Assembly (NCBI GenBank): GCA_965153285.1
Contig: OZ229113.1
Source: Podarcis tiliguerta
Lineage: Eukaryota
DNA: 64,000 bases
Strand: one strand, 5' to 3'
Shown here: piece by piece, positions 15,989 through 29,917 of the stretch
Layout: each line of letters starts with the position of its first letter
Position numbering within the stretch: the first letter of the stretch is position 1
Notes under the pieces: model-generated
Told to the model about the DNA's origin: nothing
Database searches by the model: none
Seen by the model: the letters and a program-made list of their open reading frames with translations, nothing else
Position numbers and translations under genes: made by a program

Positions 15989-16473
15989 ATAGCATGAATA
16001 GATCAGAGTTTTTCCTCCCGTAATAAGCCTGGGCAGGCCAAATATAGCGGGGTGGGGGAAGAGGAGAGAGAGAAAAAGGGAAGATTCCAGCTCCTGCTTT
16101 TCTCAAATTACCGGGGATCACGGAGGCAAAGCGTGTATGGAGGGAAGAGAGTGGGGAGGAGGAAAGGGGAAACAGTTTCCCAAGAAGGGTAAAAGGCACG
16201 TTAAGTTAGCAACGTCCGTTGCACAAATCTGCAACATGGAAGAGAAACCGCAGGGGTCTGGCGCGGGGGCAGGGAGGAGGAGGAGGAGTGGGCCTGGTGC
16301 AATCGCAAAGAGGAAGCGGCTTTCTCTTCGAAGCTTGTTGTTTCCTCGGTCGCTGGAGCTGCCCGCAGTTGCATTGCGCAACCGACTCCGGAAACCTCTA
16401 GCACCAAAGCAGCCCGCTTTGAGCAGCATCCAAAGCCTGGCCGGGGCTCTCTTGCTGCAGGGACGCGGAGCGG

Positions 16474-16487
16474 ACGCTAGAGGGCGC
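16474..16487 (+). promoter_or_regulatory. Candidate CTCF site
   Basis: ACGCTAGAGGGCGC matches the CCRSYAGRKGGCRS core at 13/14 positions, in CpG-rich DNA. Confidence 0.5.
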
Positions 16488-17082
16488 CGAAAGCCCTTGG
16501 CCTTCCCCTTGCCGAAGCACTGGAACAAGTGCCGCGGCCCGCAAAGCAGTTTAAGAGAGAGGGAGGGGGCCGGGACAGTCCCACCTGCCGATGTCCCCCG
16601 AAGACCCTGTCGCTGCCTTCCCCTGCTTAAACCTACGTGAGCTGAACGGGTGTGCGCCGGCGCGATAAAGCCGGGCAGAAGCACACTTTGCTCTGTCTCA
16701 GCTCTGAATAGATCTCTGCGCTGGGGCAAGCGCGGCTCGCTGGCTCTCGCCCTGCCTTCCGCGCACCAGCCGGGACGGATGCGCCTCCCTCGCTCTCTGC
16801 AGCCGTGAAAACAAGCCTGGCGCGCACAAAAGCCCGCTGATTCACCCGGCCGATCAGCACACGAACTCAGCCGGATGATGAGCAGCGTGGCATCTAAATC
16901 TCGGGAGGCTCAGCCTTCATTCTCGCCCCAATCCCTCTTCCCATTGACGAATGTTGCAACTTGGAGAGGTTTGAGCACGGCTCCTCCGAGCTGTCATCGG
17001 GGAGGGATCAGGAGGGCGGGGAGCAGATTTCAGGTGCGATCATGACCTTTTCTCTATAAGATCCCTTAAACCAGGGAAAGAC

Positions 17083-17084
17083 GA

Positions 17085-17160
<76 letters not shown>

Positions 17161-17162
17161 GA
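17083..17162 (+). repeat. (GAAA)n(GA)n compound microsatellite
   Basis: Read directly. Confidence 0.95.
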
Positions 17163-18160
17163 CGCCGTCCAATAACAGTGTCTGCATGCAAAAGTGCAAA
17201 AGAGCTGCGCCTAGATTTCGGCCCCTTGACAGCAGGCCGTTCACGGCGCACGAGCAGTGAACGTGGTCAACTGCAAGTTTCCACCAGTAATTCTAGACTC
17301 TCTGGTGTTCACGGGTTTAAGGGTGCGGAGGGGAGACGTCTTTAGAGGGCCACGTGCGTCCTGCCTTGTCTGTCTCCCTTCCAAAGGCGGTGAGCCATCC
17401 CTGCTGCGCCTAGGGTGCCTCCTGCTTTTTCTGCTGAGTCGGACCCTGGCCCTCTGCCCCGATGGCACCGCCGCTGTTCCTTTCCACTGTGCTCTTAAGC
17501 CCACTTGCTAACGTCACTGGTGAGCCTCCCTAACCCTTCTCCGAATAACTGTCTTGTTCATAACTGATGAATCAAGTTATTCACGTCAAGTTAAACATTA
17601 CTGTCCGCCCAGGAATGGCAAGTATTTCTACAGAAGCCGGCTGGGCCTCGCCCTCCTGGACCAAAGCAACAGGACGCCCGGAGTCCCACGTTCGCTGCGT
17701 ACACACGATCCCTTTAAAGCGCAGTCGATGCGCAAAAAGTTATGGGCACTGTGGTTCACCCCTCACAGAGAGACCATCCCCAGCAGCCCTTATCCAAACT
17801 CCACTGCCCAGAATTCATTGAGGGCGAAACTTGCTTCGAATGTGCTTTGCATGTGTACGCAGTGCACTACAATCCGCGGTGCCTGACGGTCTACTTTAAG
17901 TCAACAGAGGAGTCCATGGGTTGCGCGGACTGGAAGAATAAACTTGGAACCGAGTGCCAAATCGTGCCCAGTCATGGCCGGTTTCTTGGCATTCAACCCA
18001 AGTTTTTTTAGGTAAAGCGGGCCGTGTGTCTACACGGAGATGGCCCAGGAAGGTAATGTGAGGATGGGCTGTCAGCTAATATAGTTCTTCGTTTATTCGC
18101 TGGGGGCAACGTTCATTTTACATCCTGATCCTAAGCATAAAGAGCCCCCTTAGCGTCTGG

Positions 18161-18246
18161 CTATAATCCTATACACGCTTACCTGGGAGTAAGTCTCATT
18201 CAACTCATTGAGGCTTACTTCTGAGTAGGCATGTTTGAGGGTGAGC
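18161..18246. repeat. ~90-bp imperfect palindromic repeat (GGCTGCAATCCT...AGGATTGCAGCC family), representative copy
   Basis: ATCCTATACACGCTTACCTGGGAGTAAGTCTCATT...GCTTACTTCTGAGTAGGCATG; many degenerate copies in the window (see findings). Confidence 0.6.
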
Positions 18247-21200
18247 TGTCAACAATGTCCCAAGCGCTTCAAAGACGTACTCTCAGCTATTATCACTACT
18301 CTAATAACCGTAGAGTTATCCTCGTATTTTTGGGGGTGAGCGGGCGGGCGAGCGGTGGAAGATGAAAGATTAATGACTCAGCCGACATTTGAGCAGCGGT
18401 CTTTCTGGCCTGTTCATCGCCCCCGCCACACAACGTCCCATAGTAGCAAGCGCCCTCCAATTTACTGGCAACTCATCTTAGGATCCCCGCTCAGCCGTCC
18501 CTCCAAATCTTAACTCTGTTTATTTTCGGGAGACATTCCCGTTGATTTAAAGGAGGGTTTTCTTCTGCATTAGGATGCTTAGGACAGCAGCTTTGTTTTT
18601 CGTTTTGAAAAAGCCCATTCTGCAGGCACCAGAGCTTCTCCTGCACGGATAGAGTTCCGCGCCATCAGCACCACATCTCCCCTTTTCTCGCAGGGCAAAG
18701 CCAAGGCCGCGCCGTCGTCCTTGGAAGAGGACCTTCCTCGGCCGATACCAGCGCAGAGCGCCCCCGAGGTCCCCCTTTTCTCAAAACGCGTCCCCATAAA
18801 ACCCACTCACGAGGATGGGATGCGGGCGGGGAGGGAATTGTCCGGCCTCTGGGGGCTTATAGCCTGCGCCCCAGGTCAGGATAGGACCACCCTTTCCCCG
18901 CTTGACCTAAAACTGCGGAACAGGAAAGCGGAAGGAACTGGATGGATCGGAGTTCAAATGGGAACTTTGTGGGTCTGAGGCTTTTGGCGCCGCAAGAGCC
19001 GAAAGGAGCCGCCAGGGAACTCGCTGCGTCTGGAAGGAAGAATCCTAACACGTGTCTGAGCCCCTTACAACTCCATCCAGTCGCCCGCCCGCAGCTTCTC
19101 AAAACCTCTCGGCCCTTTATCATTAGGAGCTGAATTAACGCTTTAAAGCCTGGACGGTCCCTAAACACCTCGGTCCATCGATCCTGTAGATTTCAAGTAA
19201 ATTTCCCTCCAATTGATTCTGGACTTCCTGCGCTAGAAATTAACAAACCACGTCACCACCTGCAACAACCTTGCGAGGTAAACTCGCTCAAGGCGACCCG
19301 CTGAGTTTAGGGGGAATGGAAAGCCATCCCCATCCATCCTCCGCCCCCAATGCGAGGGCAACCCTCTGTCCGGGACGTGCTCCCCCCACCCCAAGTCCAG
19401 AGTTCCAGTTTAACTGCGCCCAATAGATCATGCCGATGGCTTTCCAGGGGATGGCACGGAGAGGGCGCACAACTTTCTGGTGGATCGCAAAGCTGCGCAG
19501 CCCAGTAAATTTCACGCATCCAAATTGGTTACCTAAACCCTCCCCATCCACCCCGAACTCAGAAATGGCACGAACTCTAATACTGGTGGATTTCGGAGCT
19601 TCCTTTTCCGTTGATTTTAAGCGAGAATTTAAGACACTTAAACAAAAACAAAAAAAACCCAAAACCTTCCTTTCTTTTTGCATGCTCGCAACGGGCTTTC
19701 TCAAAAGAACCCCGTCGTTTTTGTTTTTGTTTTTTAATGGAGTGGAGACGCATTTCAGTTAAGCAGGTGTGGAATCGATGGCCGTCAAATAAGTCGATCC
19801 CAACCGTTTATGCTTAAAAGTGGCGGCGAGGGTGGAAAGGGGACCCTGAAAGATTTTTGCGTTGCATTACCCTGACGCTATTTAACTTCCGCGCAGATTT
19901 GAGATGCCCAAGGATCCGCCGCGCAAGCCGACTCGGGCGACGTCCGCGGCTTGATCGACGCGTTCGCGGCCCCTTTCGCTGACGCAGATTGCCAACCCGT
20001 TTACTTGCAAAGTATCTCTCGCTGATGTCATGAAACTTACACCCAAGTAACGCGGATGGAACCCGAGTCGAAAATGATTGCCTTTCTGAATCTGGACTGC
20101 GATATTTAAAACCCATATTCATCCTGTTTTATATACTGTATAATGTAGCATATACACAATAAACACTGGTTTGGTTTATTTTATTTTTTTAAAGAAACCC
20201 TCTCTTGTTTAAACCACAAGCTAATTGGCTTTCTCTTCATGGATGCTAATTTGCTTTGTTTCCTTCCTTGATTTCCCAAACAAGAACTAAAGGGGGGAAA
20301 AACAGCAACTCCAAATGGGAATGTTCATTTAAGTTATAACCATACAGTATTATGATACGTGGAGGTGATGGGTTTGCAAAAATCTATGGATCGTGCGGAG
20401 TTCGTGCAGAGCGATCCTGTGGAGGTTTACTCGGCCGTAAATGGCTTTAAATTGTAAAGAACTTGAAAGAGTATTTGCCTCCTTTCAGGGTTAATTAACA
20501 TGATCAGTCCCATCACACATATTGGACGAATGTTCTCTGATTATTTTTGTAACACTTACTGAACTTTACTTCGTGTAGAACAAAGAGTCTCGCAGCACCT
20601 TGAAGGCGGAGAGATTTATTGTGCCGTAAGCTCTCTAGAGCCTACTTTGCCTAGTCCACGGAATTTCATGCCACAGTAAATCTATTAGTCTTTTAAGGTA
20701 TCATAAAGACCCTTGTTTTTGTTGAAAAATACTAACACAAAAGTTGTCACTTCGGAACAGTGTGCTTGTGGAGTCTAGCCTTTTAAGGCTGTTTTATTTC
20801 TTTTTAAAAAATGGTCTGTGACTCACCTAAAAGTTTAGACACGTTCTTAATTTTGTACTTTCTCTTTTCATTCAAGCAGAAAATCCCCGCTCTCTAATGT
20901 AAAGGACAGGAAGAAAATACTTCGTTTTAGAAATGCTTTAAAAAAGATATTCAGAGATTTTCCTAAGCATTTTGCCCGAAAGACAGTTATGCCGCGGAGA
21001 GGAAAATAACGAAGGAGCTTGTCTGAAAGACCCCGGGGTTTCAAGAGAAGAATGAACATCAGTTCCGGGGGGGGGGGGAGTAACCCCAGAGTAGATCGAA
21101 TGTGAAGGGCTCTGGCAATTGCGAAGCCGATTTATACATTTCTCGTCCACACCGAATTCACAACCTGTCCTTAGGAATGCTAAGTTAGCTAGGCAGATCC

Positions 21201-23411
21201 TCAGTCCGATCCTATGCATGTTGACTCAGGAATAGGTCCCAGCGAATGCAATGCGGTTTATCTTCACCCTCTCTTGCTCAAATAAGGCTGCACCCCTATG
21301 CACACTTAGCTGGGAGAAAACCCTATTGAAATCGGTGGGATTTCCTTCTGAGTAAACATGGATAGGATAGGCTTCCTGAGAAGCGCGTTCCAGTTGCTTG
21401 CATCGGGGTACGGCGCTGAAGATTGCCGGAATTGTGGGCAGGCGGGTGGGGAGGAAGCCGATCAAGATCCTCATTTCTCAACCAAGGAGTTGACCCCAAA
21501 GGCAGGAAGCAGCCTCTTGCACGGTTGTTGCCCCCCCCGATCCTAAGCTCCACTTACCCGAGTCTAACTCACACAGGTAGAATAGAAATTTACACCCAAT
21601 AATTCTATCTCAAAACTGTGAAGGAGAAGCGCAGCTATAGAAAAGACCCGCAGCTCTTGCGTTTGGGTTCGCGCGTGGAATCAACCTGCCCTCGCCTTCC
21701 ATTTTAAGGACGCAAACCACAGAAAGCAGCAGCCCATGGCCGCCAATGGGGACCTTTCCCCTCCGAAAGATCATAGGGGCTGGGAGAGGGGCGTTCTCTA
21801 TTCCGATCTTGGTGATACAGTGAAGAGATAAGTCTCCTCCATCCCCTCTCTTGTCTGCACAGAAGAACCGATCTCCTCCAAGCTTAATAATAATAATTAT
21901 CATAATCACAATAACAACCATAACACAAGAAAGGTAGGTCTTTGGAACATGGAATCGGAGGTGTAGTTTGGCCCTGACCACATTTGCATGTACATTTCCA
22001 GTTGGTTTATGCGCAGAAAGCGGAAGAGGAGAAAGTCATAGAAGTCTGCAGGGGAAAAAAAATGTCAGAAAAGCCACTTCCGGATTGATAGAGGACACGA
22101 CCTCCCAAAGTAAAACAATGCCTCTGAAGGGCAGCACTTTTTGCTGCTGTTTTCAATGCAAGAAGCTATCACCATCTATCATGAAGATTTGGAGGAGTTG
22201 AGTGTTTTCCTTTTCAGAGAGAGGAAGAGCAAATTGCAGCTCATTGCCCGAACACTTTGCCTTTGCTGCCGCGGCTCCTTAGCCTCCTACCCGGCTCTCA
22301 GTCTCTGTTTTATTACAGCGGAGAAGAAACCACAGCTAAAATCTCCGAGCCATTAAGGAATCTTTCTGTCACAGAAGATTACTCGGATGCAAAGCATCCA
22401 GCTTTTAGGTAACAAAGTTAAGGCAAGCCTTTGGAAACATGAGAGACCAACAAATAGGGCATGTGGCAAAGAAAAATAAAAAAAGGGAACACGATTGTAA
22501 TGGAAGCCCCTGTTCTGGTCTGCCAACACCACCAAGGGATGTGTTGCACAGAATGGGGTCCTTAATGCCATTAAGCTGGCGTGTGGCACTGGGTATACTT
22601 TACAGAAGCAGCAAAGTAACTTATCCCTTGAAAACGAGAAAAGGAGAAGACAAAGGGAGGAAAAAATAACCTCTTAGTGACATTTCTCCCTTCTTGGAGG
22701 TTTTGAACAGTTGTTCCACTATATGCACGGTTGGGAGGATGTTTTTGGATCATTATCAAGGGCTCCCCAGAAATGCATCAGAGTTCAACCAGTAATGGCT
22801 GAGAAGCGTTTCTCACCCCTTTGATCCGCAGGGAAGCAACAAAGAACCCTCTCAGATTACTGCGGTGCAAGGTTTAGTCCATCCCTCAAAGTGCATGTGC
22901 CCTTGATTCTAATCTAGAACATGATGCGGAATCTTCTGCAAGGTGCTGGGGCTCTGTGGCAGATGTGCAGCGAAGGCTTTCCAACGGCAGAAAAATTTGA
23001 AGGCTGCTTTAGGATTTTATTGTTAGGATGGATCAGCTGATCCAACACTTTTGCAGCCTGCTCCTAAATCTTTGCCGTTAGATCTTTCTGTTTATGACAC
23101 TGGCATAAAAAGATCATGGTGAAGGGGGCATGCTGGCAAGCTCTGAGGTCCTGCACTATCATAACTATTATGCCATAGAACACATTACATACAATAATCC
23201 ATTCCCACTGCAACTGTGGTATTTGAGAGAGGTGAAAGGTACTGAGAGCATATGGCCCATTGGGCCTCAGCGACACAGAGCTGCAATTCAGTTTCATATA
23301 GTCATAGGGCTGGTGGTTCACACATGAAATCATTTAGCTTTTCATCTCTTCATTACTCAAGACTTGGGGCCTGGTTCAAAAAACATGTCCATCACTTGAT
23401 GACTGCAGCAT

Positions 23412-23878
23412 NNNNNNNNNNNNNNNNNNNNNNNNNNNNNNNNNNNNNNNNNNNNNNNNNNNNNNNNNNNNNNNNNNNNNNNNNNNNNNNNNNNNNNNNN
23501 NNNNNNNNNNNNNNNNNNNNNNNNNNNNNNNNNNNNNNNNNNNNNNNNNNNNNNNNNNNNNNNNNNNNNNNNNNNNNNNNNNNNNNNNNNNNNNNNNNNN
23601 NNNNNNNNNNNNNNNNNNNNNNNNNNNNNNNNNNNNNNNNNNNNNNNNNNNNNNNNNNNNNNNNNNNNNNNNNNNNNNNNNNNNNNNNNNNNNNNNNNNN
23701 NNNNNNNNNNNNNNNNNNNNNNNNNNNNNNNNNNNNNNNNNNNNNNNNNNNNNNNNNNNNNNNNNNNNNNNNNNNNNNNNNNNNNNNNNNNNNNNNNNNN
23801 NNNNNNNNNNNNNNNNNNNNNNNNNNNNNNNNNNNNNNNNNNNNNNNNNNNNNNNNNNNNNNNNNNNNNNNNNNNNNN
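23412..23878. other. Assembly gap (467 N)
   Basis: Run of N. Confidence 1.
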
Positions 23879-24105
23879 ATGTTCCATACCCACTCTCACA
23901 CAATGCATTTCAGTGGAATCGCTCCCTGCATACAACCCTAAATGGGATGTGATATACAGGTGTGTGCATCATTCACTTGCCATTTTTTAAAATCAAAAGC
24001 AGCCCTTTCTTCTCCCACCAGGGCAGATCTTCCCTTTCCTGCCACCCCCACCCACCCTTTGAATTTCTGACATAAAACTGAGTTTTGTACATTCTGGTTT
24101 ATGAC

Positions 24106-24158
24106 AGGAAGGAAGGAAGGAAGGAAGGAAGGAAGGAAGGAAGGAAGGAAGGAAGGAA
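24106..24158 (+). repeat. (GGAA)n microsatellite
   Basis: About 13 tandem GGAA units. Confidence 0.95.
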
Positions 24159-24676
24159 CCCTAAGGGTTGGTGTCATGCTGTTCAAGACAGAAGTGGGGG
24201 GATCCACAGCTGAATTCTTTTTGGTGAAAGTGGTTGGATGCTGCCTGATCAAAGCAGATCAGGCCAAATCAAACATCCAATTCTCTCCCCACCTCTCTCC
24301 CTCTTTCTCCTTCCCTCCCTCTCTCAAATACACACACACCATATTCTCTGACTCTCTCTCATACTCATTCCCATTAATTCACGCCCTCCCTCTTTCTCCA
24401 GACAAACCTTTCATGTGCTCTTTATGAGGCATAACAGGTACAATCTTAGACTGATCCTTAGAAGGAGCCATGTTTTGCTGAGGCTATTTGCAATATCTTC
24501 CCCACAACATCAACTGACTACATCAGAGAAAGGGTACAAAAGCCGTACCAAAATCCACATTAACCACGGTCGACGCCACTAATGCATCATCGCAGCCACA
24601 GTCAAAGCCACAAGTTAATCTCATAAACTGTTCTCTTCCACTTAACATTTCACCTGCAACTGACTACCCAGTCACT

Positions 24677-24700
24677 CTGCTGCTGCTGCTGCTGCTGCTG
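24677..24700 (+). repeat. (CTG)n microsatellite
   Basis: Read directly. Confidence 0.9.
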
Positions 24701-24808
24701 GCTCAAATGATGTATCTTTGGCTAGTCATATTTAATAGTCATTTCCCTGTATGGATCAGCTTCATCTGTTTGACAGTAGTGGTGTATATGCAACAGGATT
24801 TGAAGGAA

Positions 24809-24810
24809 GT

Positions 24811-24863
<53 letters not shown>
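24809..24863 (+). repeat. (GT)n(GA)n compound microsatellite
   Basis: Read directly. Confidence 0.95.
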
Positions 24864-24869
<6 letters not shown>

Positions 24870-27800
24870 TGAATATGCGACATGCCTGGTACTGGGTAAG
24901 GCTTGCAGTAAGCTATGGAGATGCCAGGAGGGAGAGAAGAATGGCAGGAGGGGTAGGAGAAATTGGAATGTGTCATGAAAGGTTTTCCACAAGTGAACAG
25001 TAATGTGAGATCTATGTTAATGGATGAGGGGAAACTGGGAAAAGCTATAATGGATGGAGATATTTGGGGCAGCATGCATACACACGGGATGCAGGGAAGG
25101 GATATGGCGTGTGTGACACAAAGAGAGGATTAGGAGTTGGAGAGCTACCTATGTCACCCTACAGACTCTGACCACTTTCGGCTGTGAACCTGATGGATTT
25201 TTCCAGTTGGTCAACAACCCAACACAGAGATGAGTTCCCTACCCATATTCCATCACAATATTTGTGGTTTCATGGAAGGCTTTTTGAAAGGATTGCTTTT
25301 CAGTCACAGAAGGAAGAGAGTATGCATGCTCACAAATAAATATGTTAAATGTAAACATTACTAAGGTGCAATCCACTAAGACCTCCACACATTTCAATTG
25401 ACTTACACAAATCTCCCACAGAAAAAAGCTAACATCAGATCTGAGTACAAGCTGTACCTGAGAAACTGCTCTGTAGCACATGGATCCTAAGCATGCCTAT
25501 ATTACAGTTCCATTCATTTCCATGAGTCTTACTTTTAATTGATCTTGATTAGTTATAGAGTACAGGTAATTCCATTCCCTTTTCATTTTTATTTTACCTG
25601 TAGTATTTTTCTATTGCTCACATCCCTTTGGATCCCCTACAGAGCCTGTGTTAAAATCAGCCATTTGGAGAAATGGGCTATGAGACATTGGACTATTTAA
25701 GAACCATTTCATATAACCAGGGCTAAGATAATGAAAGTTCCACTGTGAGTATGGAGAAAATGTGACTTTCCATATGTTGGACTACAACTCCCATAATCTT
25801 TGACCATTCGGGCTGGGGCTGATGAGAGTTGGAGTCCAATATCAGGAGGGGTTCTACTATGTGGTTAGACACTTTAAAATCCAGTATATGAAAGTCCTTT
25901 GGCTGACTGTAGGGGTATGTATGTGTCATCTGATGTGGGCAGAGAAGGGTTAAACCTTCCCTCCCTGTACACCCTGTTTCCAATGAGAATTAGGCCCCAT
26001 GATTAGTATTACACTATTATTTTTTAAGTTCCAGATGTGGTTATTTACCACATAATGAAAGCCATGTCTAGCTTGGCCCTCATCAGTCATTCAAGTCAAT
26101 GATGCTCTGTTCTTTATGTCTTGGGATGTTTGAGAACATATTTTAATTGCTCTTTATGGATCTCTCATCTCTGCAGTAATTTAGATTGACCAGAACAGTT
26201 TCCATACTGGGCACTGGTAGTCTGTATTACAGGCCTGTTACCCCAGAAGTGTGTGATGGAAGGCTGACTTGAAACTAGCAGGACTAACTGAGAGTCCAAG
26301 TGGGCCCTCTCAGTTTAAACCTGGCTTCACACAAGCCCACACCACAACAAACCTTCCTTGACTTTGATGGTAGTAGAATTGCAACATTTGGGTCTAATCT
26401 TCTATCCCCATCTGTCAAAGCTGTGATCTATGTGCATGAAAGTGAAGGAAGAGATAGAGTCTCCTATGAATAAGAGACGGGAATCTTCTCTGAGGAAGTG
26501 AAACTCCAGTCTTTTTGAGAGGAGCGTAAATGAACCATTGCTACCTTCTTATCATTCCGTGCATTTGCTTCCTAACATTGATAGAGAGCCTTATGGGTAG
26601 ATACAACTTCTGTTCCCTGATTCAAGTGGATCTTTTGTGTTATTCTCCACAACATCCAGAGACAGCCCTGTGTAGTTTGGTCCATTGTGGAGGGGGCAAC
26701 CGCTTAAACCTATAGTAGCATGGAAGCAACCACAGTTTCACAAAATAATGAGTTGGTCCCAATAGACTATCAAATAAATTAAGGTATTAACGCTATAGAG
26801 ACTTACCAATGTTGTCCAGGGACCTGAGCATGCCCAGTGGGAATTTAAACTGACTTTCTTTGTAAAAGGCTTCTGCGCAGCATCACACACCTTTAAAACA
26901 CGCTTTCTGAGTTTGAAAACCTGTATGCCACACATGATGTGGACAGTCATTCTTAAACTCAGGTCCATAGTTATACTGGGTGTCTGAAGAACCAGTTGCA
27001 TTGTTCTCTGTACTGTGGGCATGGTCCTTAACAGGGTTGTTCCTGACTTGTATTAAAGTAAGGAAGAGAACCAGAATGCTTGCATGAAGTTAGGTGGGGA
27101 ATGGTCTTGCAAACAGGTCTGGGAAGTCTGGTGTTGGATCTTCTGCATGGATTTGCCACAAAGCAGCTATTATCACTCTTCAGTGAAGAAAAGCAGAAGC
27201 AGCCAAATGAATTGGCTCTGGGTCTTGGCCAGGCTAACGCATAGCTCAATGGAATCTCCAACCGGGATTTCCATCCTGATTCTAAATAAGTTCAAGGTAT
27301 TACAAACAAAACAGGGCTGAAAAGCAAAATATTTAAAATAAGCTCCTTTTATTCCCATCAGCCTGACTTCTGTACAATATGCTTAAGTCAGGGTTATAAA
27401 TTAGCCTCAGTTCAAGCGCATTTTTGCTTAATCTAGGTTGTAAACACTCTTTTCAGCTTCAAAAATGGCAACGTTCTAGTTGCAACCTAAATCTGGAACT
27501 CATTTTGTTTGCATGGTGTAAAAATATGAATGAGAAGGATTTTAGAACGTAGCCTGCAAATTAAGTATTAGGATCACAAAACTGAACAAAAGCAGAACAA
27601 ACTGAGCAAATTCCAGCTGTTGTTTTAAGTATTACACAAATAACGCCCCACAGTTTCAGTTTTTCTTGATATCTATCAAAAGAACCATTTGAAATTCAGA
27701 ATTCTGAGCTATTGATCCAGAATAATATTTATCAATTGAAATGTAAATGAAACTGCCATAGGTCATAACTCACCTTTTGTTCTTATAATGTTTATTATAA

Positions 27801-29917
27801 GTGTATATGTATTTCTAAAAAAAATAATTATATATCTATTTATCTATATCTATATATTCACCCACAGAAGCACTGTAGAGCATATGCAATGTTCTCTTAT
27901 GCTGTTACTTTGACCAAGACCTAATACTAAGTTTGCACTATACACGTCTAGTAAGAAGTAAAGCCAAATAAGTTCAATGGACTTGACTCTCAGCCTTACA
28001 GTGCAAACCTATGCATATATACTGTACTCAAAAGTAAGCCTTATTGCTTTCAATGGGCTTTGCTTTCAGGAATGTATGCCAAGGATTGCAGCCTTAGTGT
28101 CATGAGCATTGGTTTTGATACTTAGCACATGCATGGCCTCAAATTTAAGACATAACAAATTTCTAAATACATATGTAAGGACAAGGAAATTACAAATATT
28201 CAGTACTTTGAATGGGATCAATATCTTTAATCTATTTAGAATTAACAGCACAAACCATCACAATGGGGTTCCCCAAAGGCAAACAACTTGAACTTGTAAT
28301 TTTAAGAAATCTTTCAAAATATTCTAGTTGTTAATAAATGCAGAGCTAGTTTTCTTTAGCAGTTCCACTAACTGAAAAGCCATTCACCAGATCAGTCAGT
28401 CCCCATTATTGTACAGCAACAGAGAATTTTCTTTTAACAAACGCATCCCATAGAAAAAAACAAATAAGCATTTACCAAAGATGCCGGTCATTGCTCTGTT
28501 TTTCCTCATCAGATACATGGCCCAGGATAGAGGGGATGGCATGCCAAACTGTCCATGATTCATGGTCACCTTCAGTAGGTTGAGAGCCAAGCAGGGTTGC
28601 CAGACACAGCAAACGACCAACAAAAACTAAAGAAGACGAAGGCAGCTCTCTCTCTTTCCCCCTTCCTTCTTGTGCTACCCCAGAGATCTTTATTTAACAC
28701 AAGCAAATTGAAAAATGGCATGCAGTCATGCTTAGTGTGTTGTTTTTCACTAACCAAACTCACAAGAGACTTCACTTCTTTTTTTGCCTCAGGCATTTAT
28801 AGACTAGTAATTTTTATTTAGCTACTCAAATGATTCCCCCCCAGCCCACTGTCCATTGGCCAATTAGAGTGGAAAGGCTTAATTGTGAGAGGTTTCATTT
28901 TGGTTGGTTAAAGTAAAGATACACACTTTGGATAAAATAATGCGCTATTTTTGAGTTATTTTCTTTGGGAAACTTAGTGTCTTACATCGGCAGAAAGCAG
29001 GATTGTCATTTTTCGGTGGTAGGCTCATTATTCCTTCAGCTCTTATCATTCTCAAGACTGGATGCATTTCTGAATGATATATTTTTTAGCCTGAACAGGT
29101 GAACCACATAAAGAATGCTGATAGTGAATTTTTGAGGCCAATGTAATTCAGTAGGTAAAATAGACTTTCACATAGTGGATACCTCTTAACTTGAAATCTA
29201 TGGGGCTATGGTCCTCCATGCAATTCTGCACATTTTCATTGAAAACCTATGAGCATAACAGCTTCTTAACAGCTGGATCCACAAAGCAATTAAGATGAAT
29301 TCTTAAGGTCATAGTTAGATCCCTGCTCAGGTTGCATCTAGACTAGACTACAGCAGTGTGTTTTATTTTGGGCTCCCACTGAAGACTTCTTGGAAATTTC
29401 AATTAGTCCTAGCAGTTACAGCTGCTGCATTGCTAACTGGGACTGGCAGAACTGGACCAGTAGGTGACCCATTTCAGAACATATGTGCTTCCTCATGAAG
29501 CTACCTTATTCTGAGTCAGACCATTGCTTACCGTCGATTAGGGATGGGAAATCTATAACCTTTCAGATGTTGAATTCCAACCTCTATCAGCTCCAGCTAG
29601 ATGGTTACTGGAATAATGCAGTGCCTAAGAACATATGCTATGAGCAAGGAAGCCTGATTCGAAATCTCACTTTGGAAGATTTGGAAAAAGATGGTTGAAG
29701 ATGATGGGAATTGTTGTCCACCAACATCTGGAGGGCCACTGATTCCCCAATCATTTTCTAGGCAAGTTCATATGTTTGGGGGAAGGACCATAGTTCAATA
29801 GTAGAGCACAGTATTCAATCCTTGTTGTTTTTAGTTGAAAAAAGCCTACACATAGAGCAGATGATATGAAAGGCCTCTCCCTGGTACCCTGTGGAGACAT
29901 TGGCAATCAATACAGAC

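Larger units (their letters stand above)
16100..22300. promoter_or_regulatory. Second CpG-rich domain upstream of P2
   Basis: CpG dinucleotides are retained over ~6 kb, unlike the CpG-poor DNA beyond 23 kb. Boundaries approximate. Confidence 0.6.

Noticed and set aside
23252-23941. Long ORFs of 175-229 aa
   Set aside because: Artefacts of translating the N gap.
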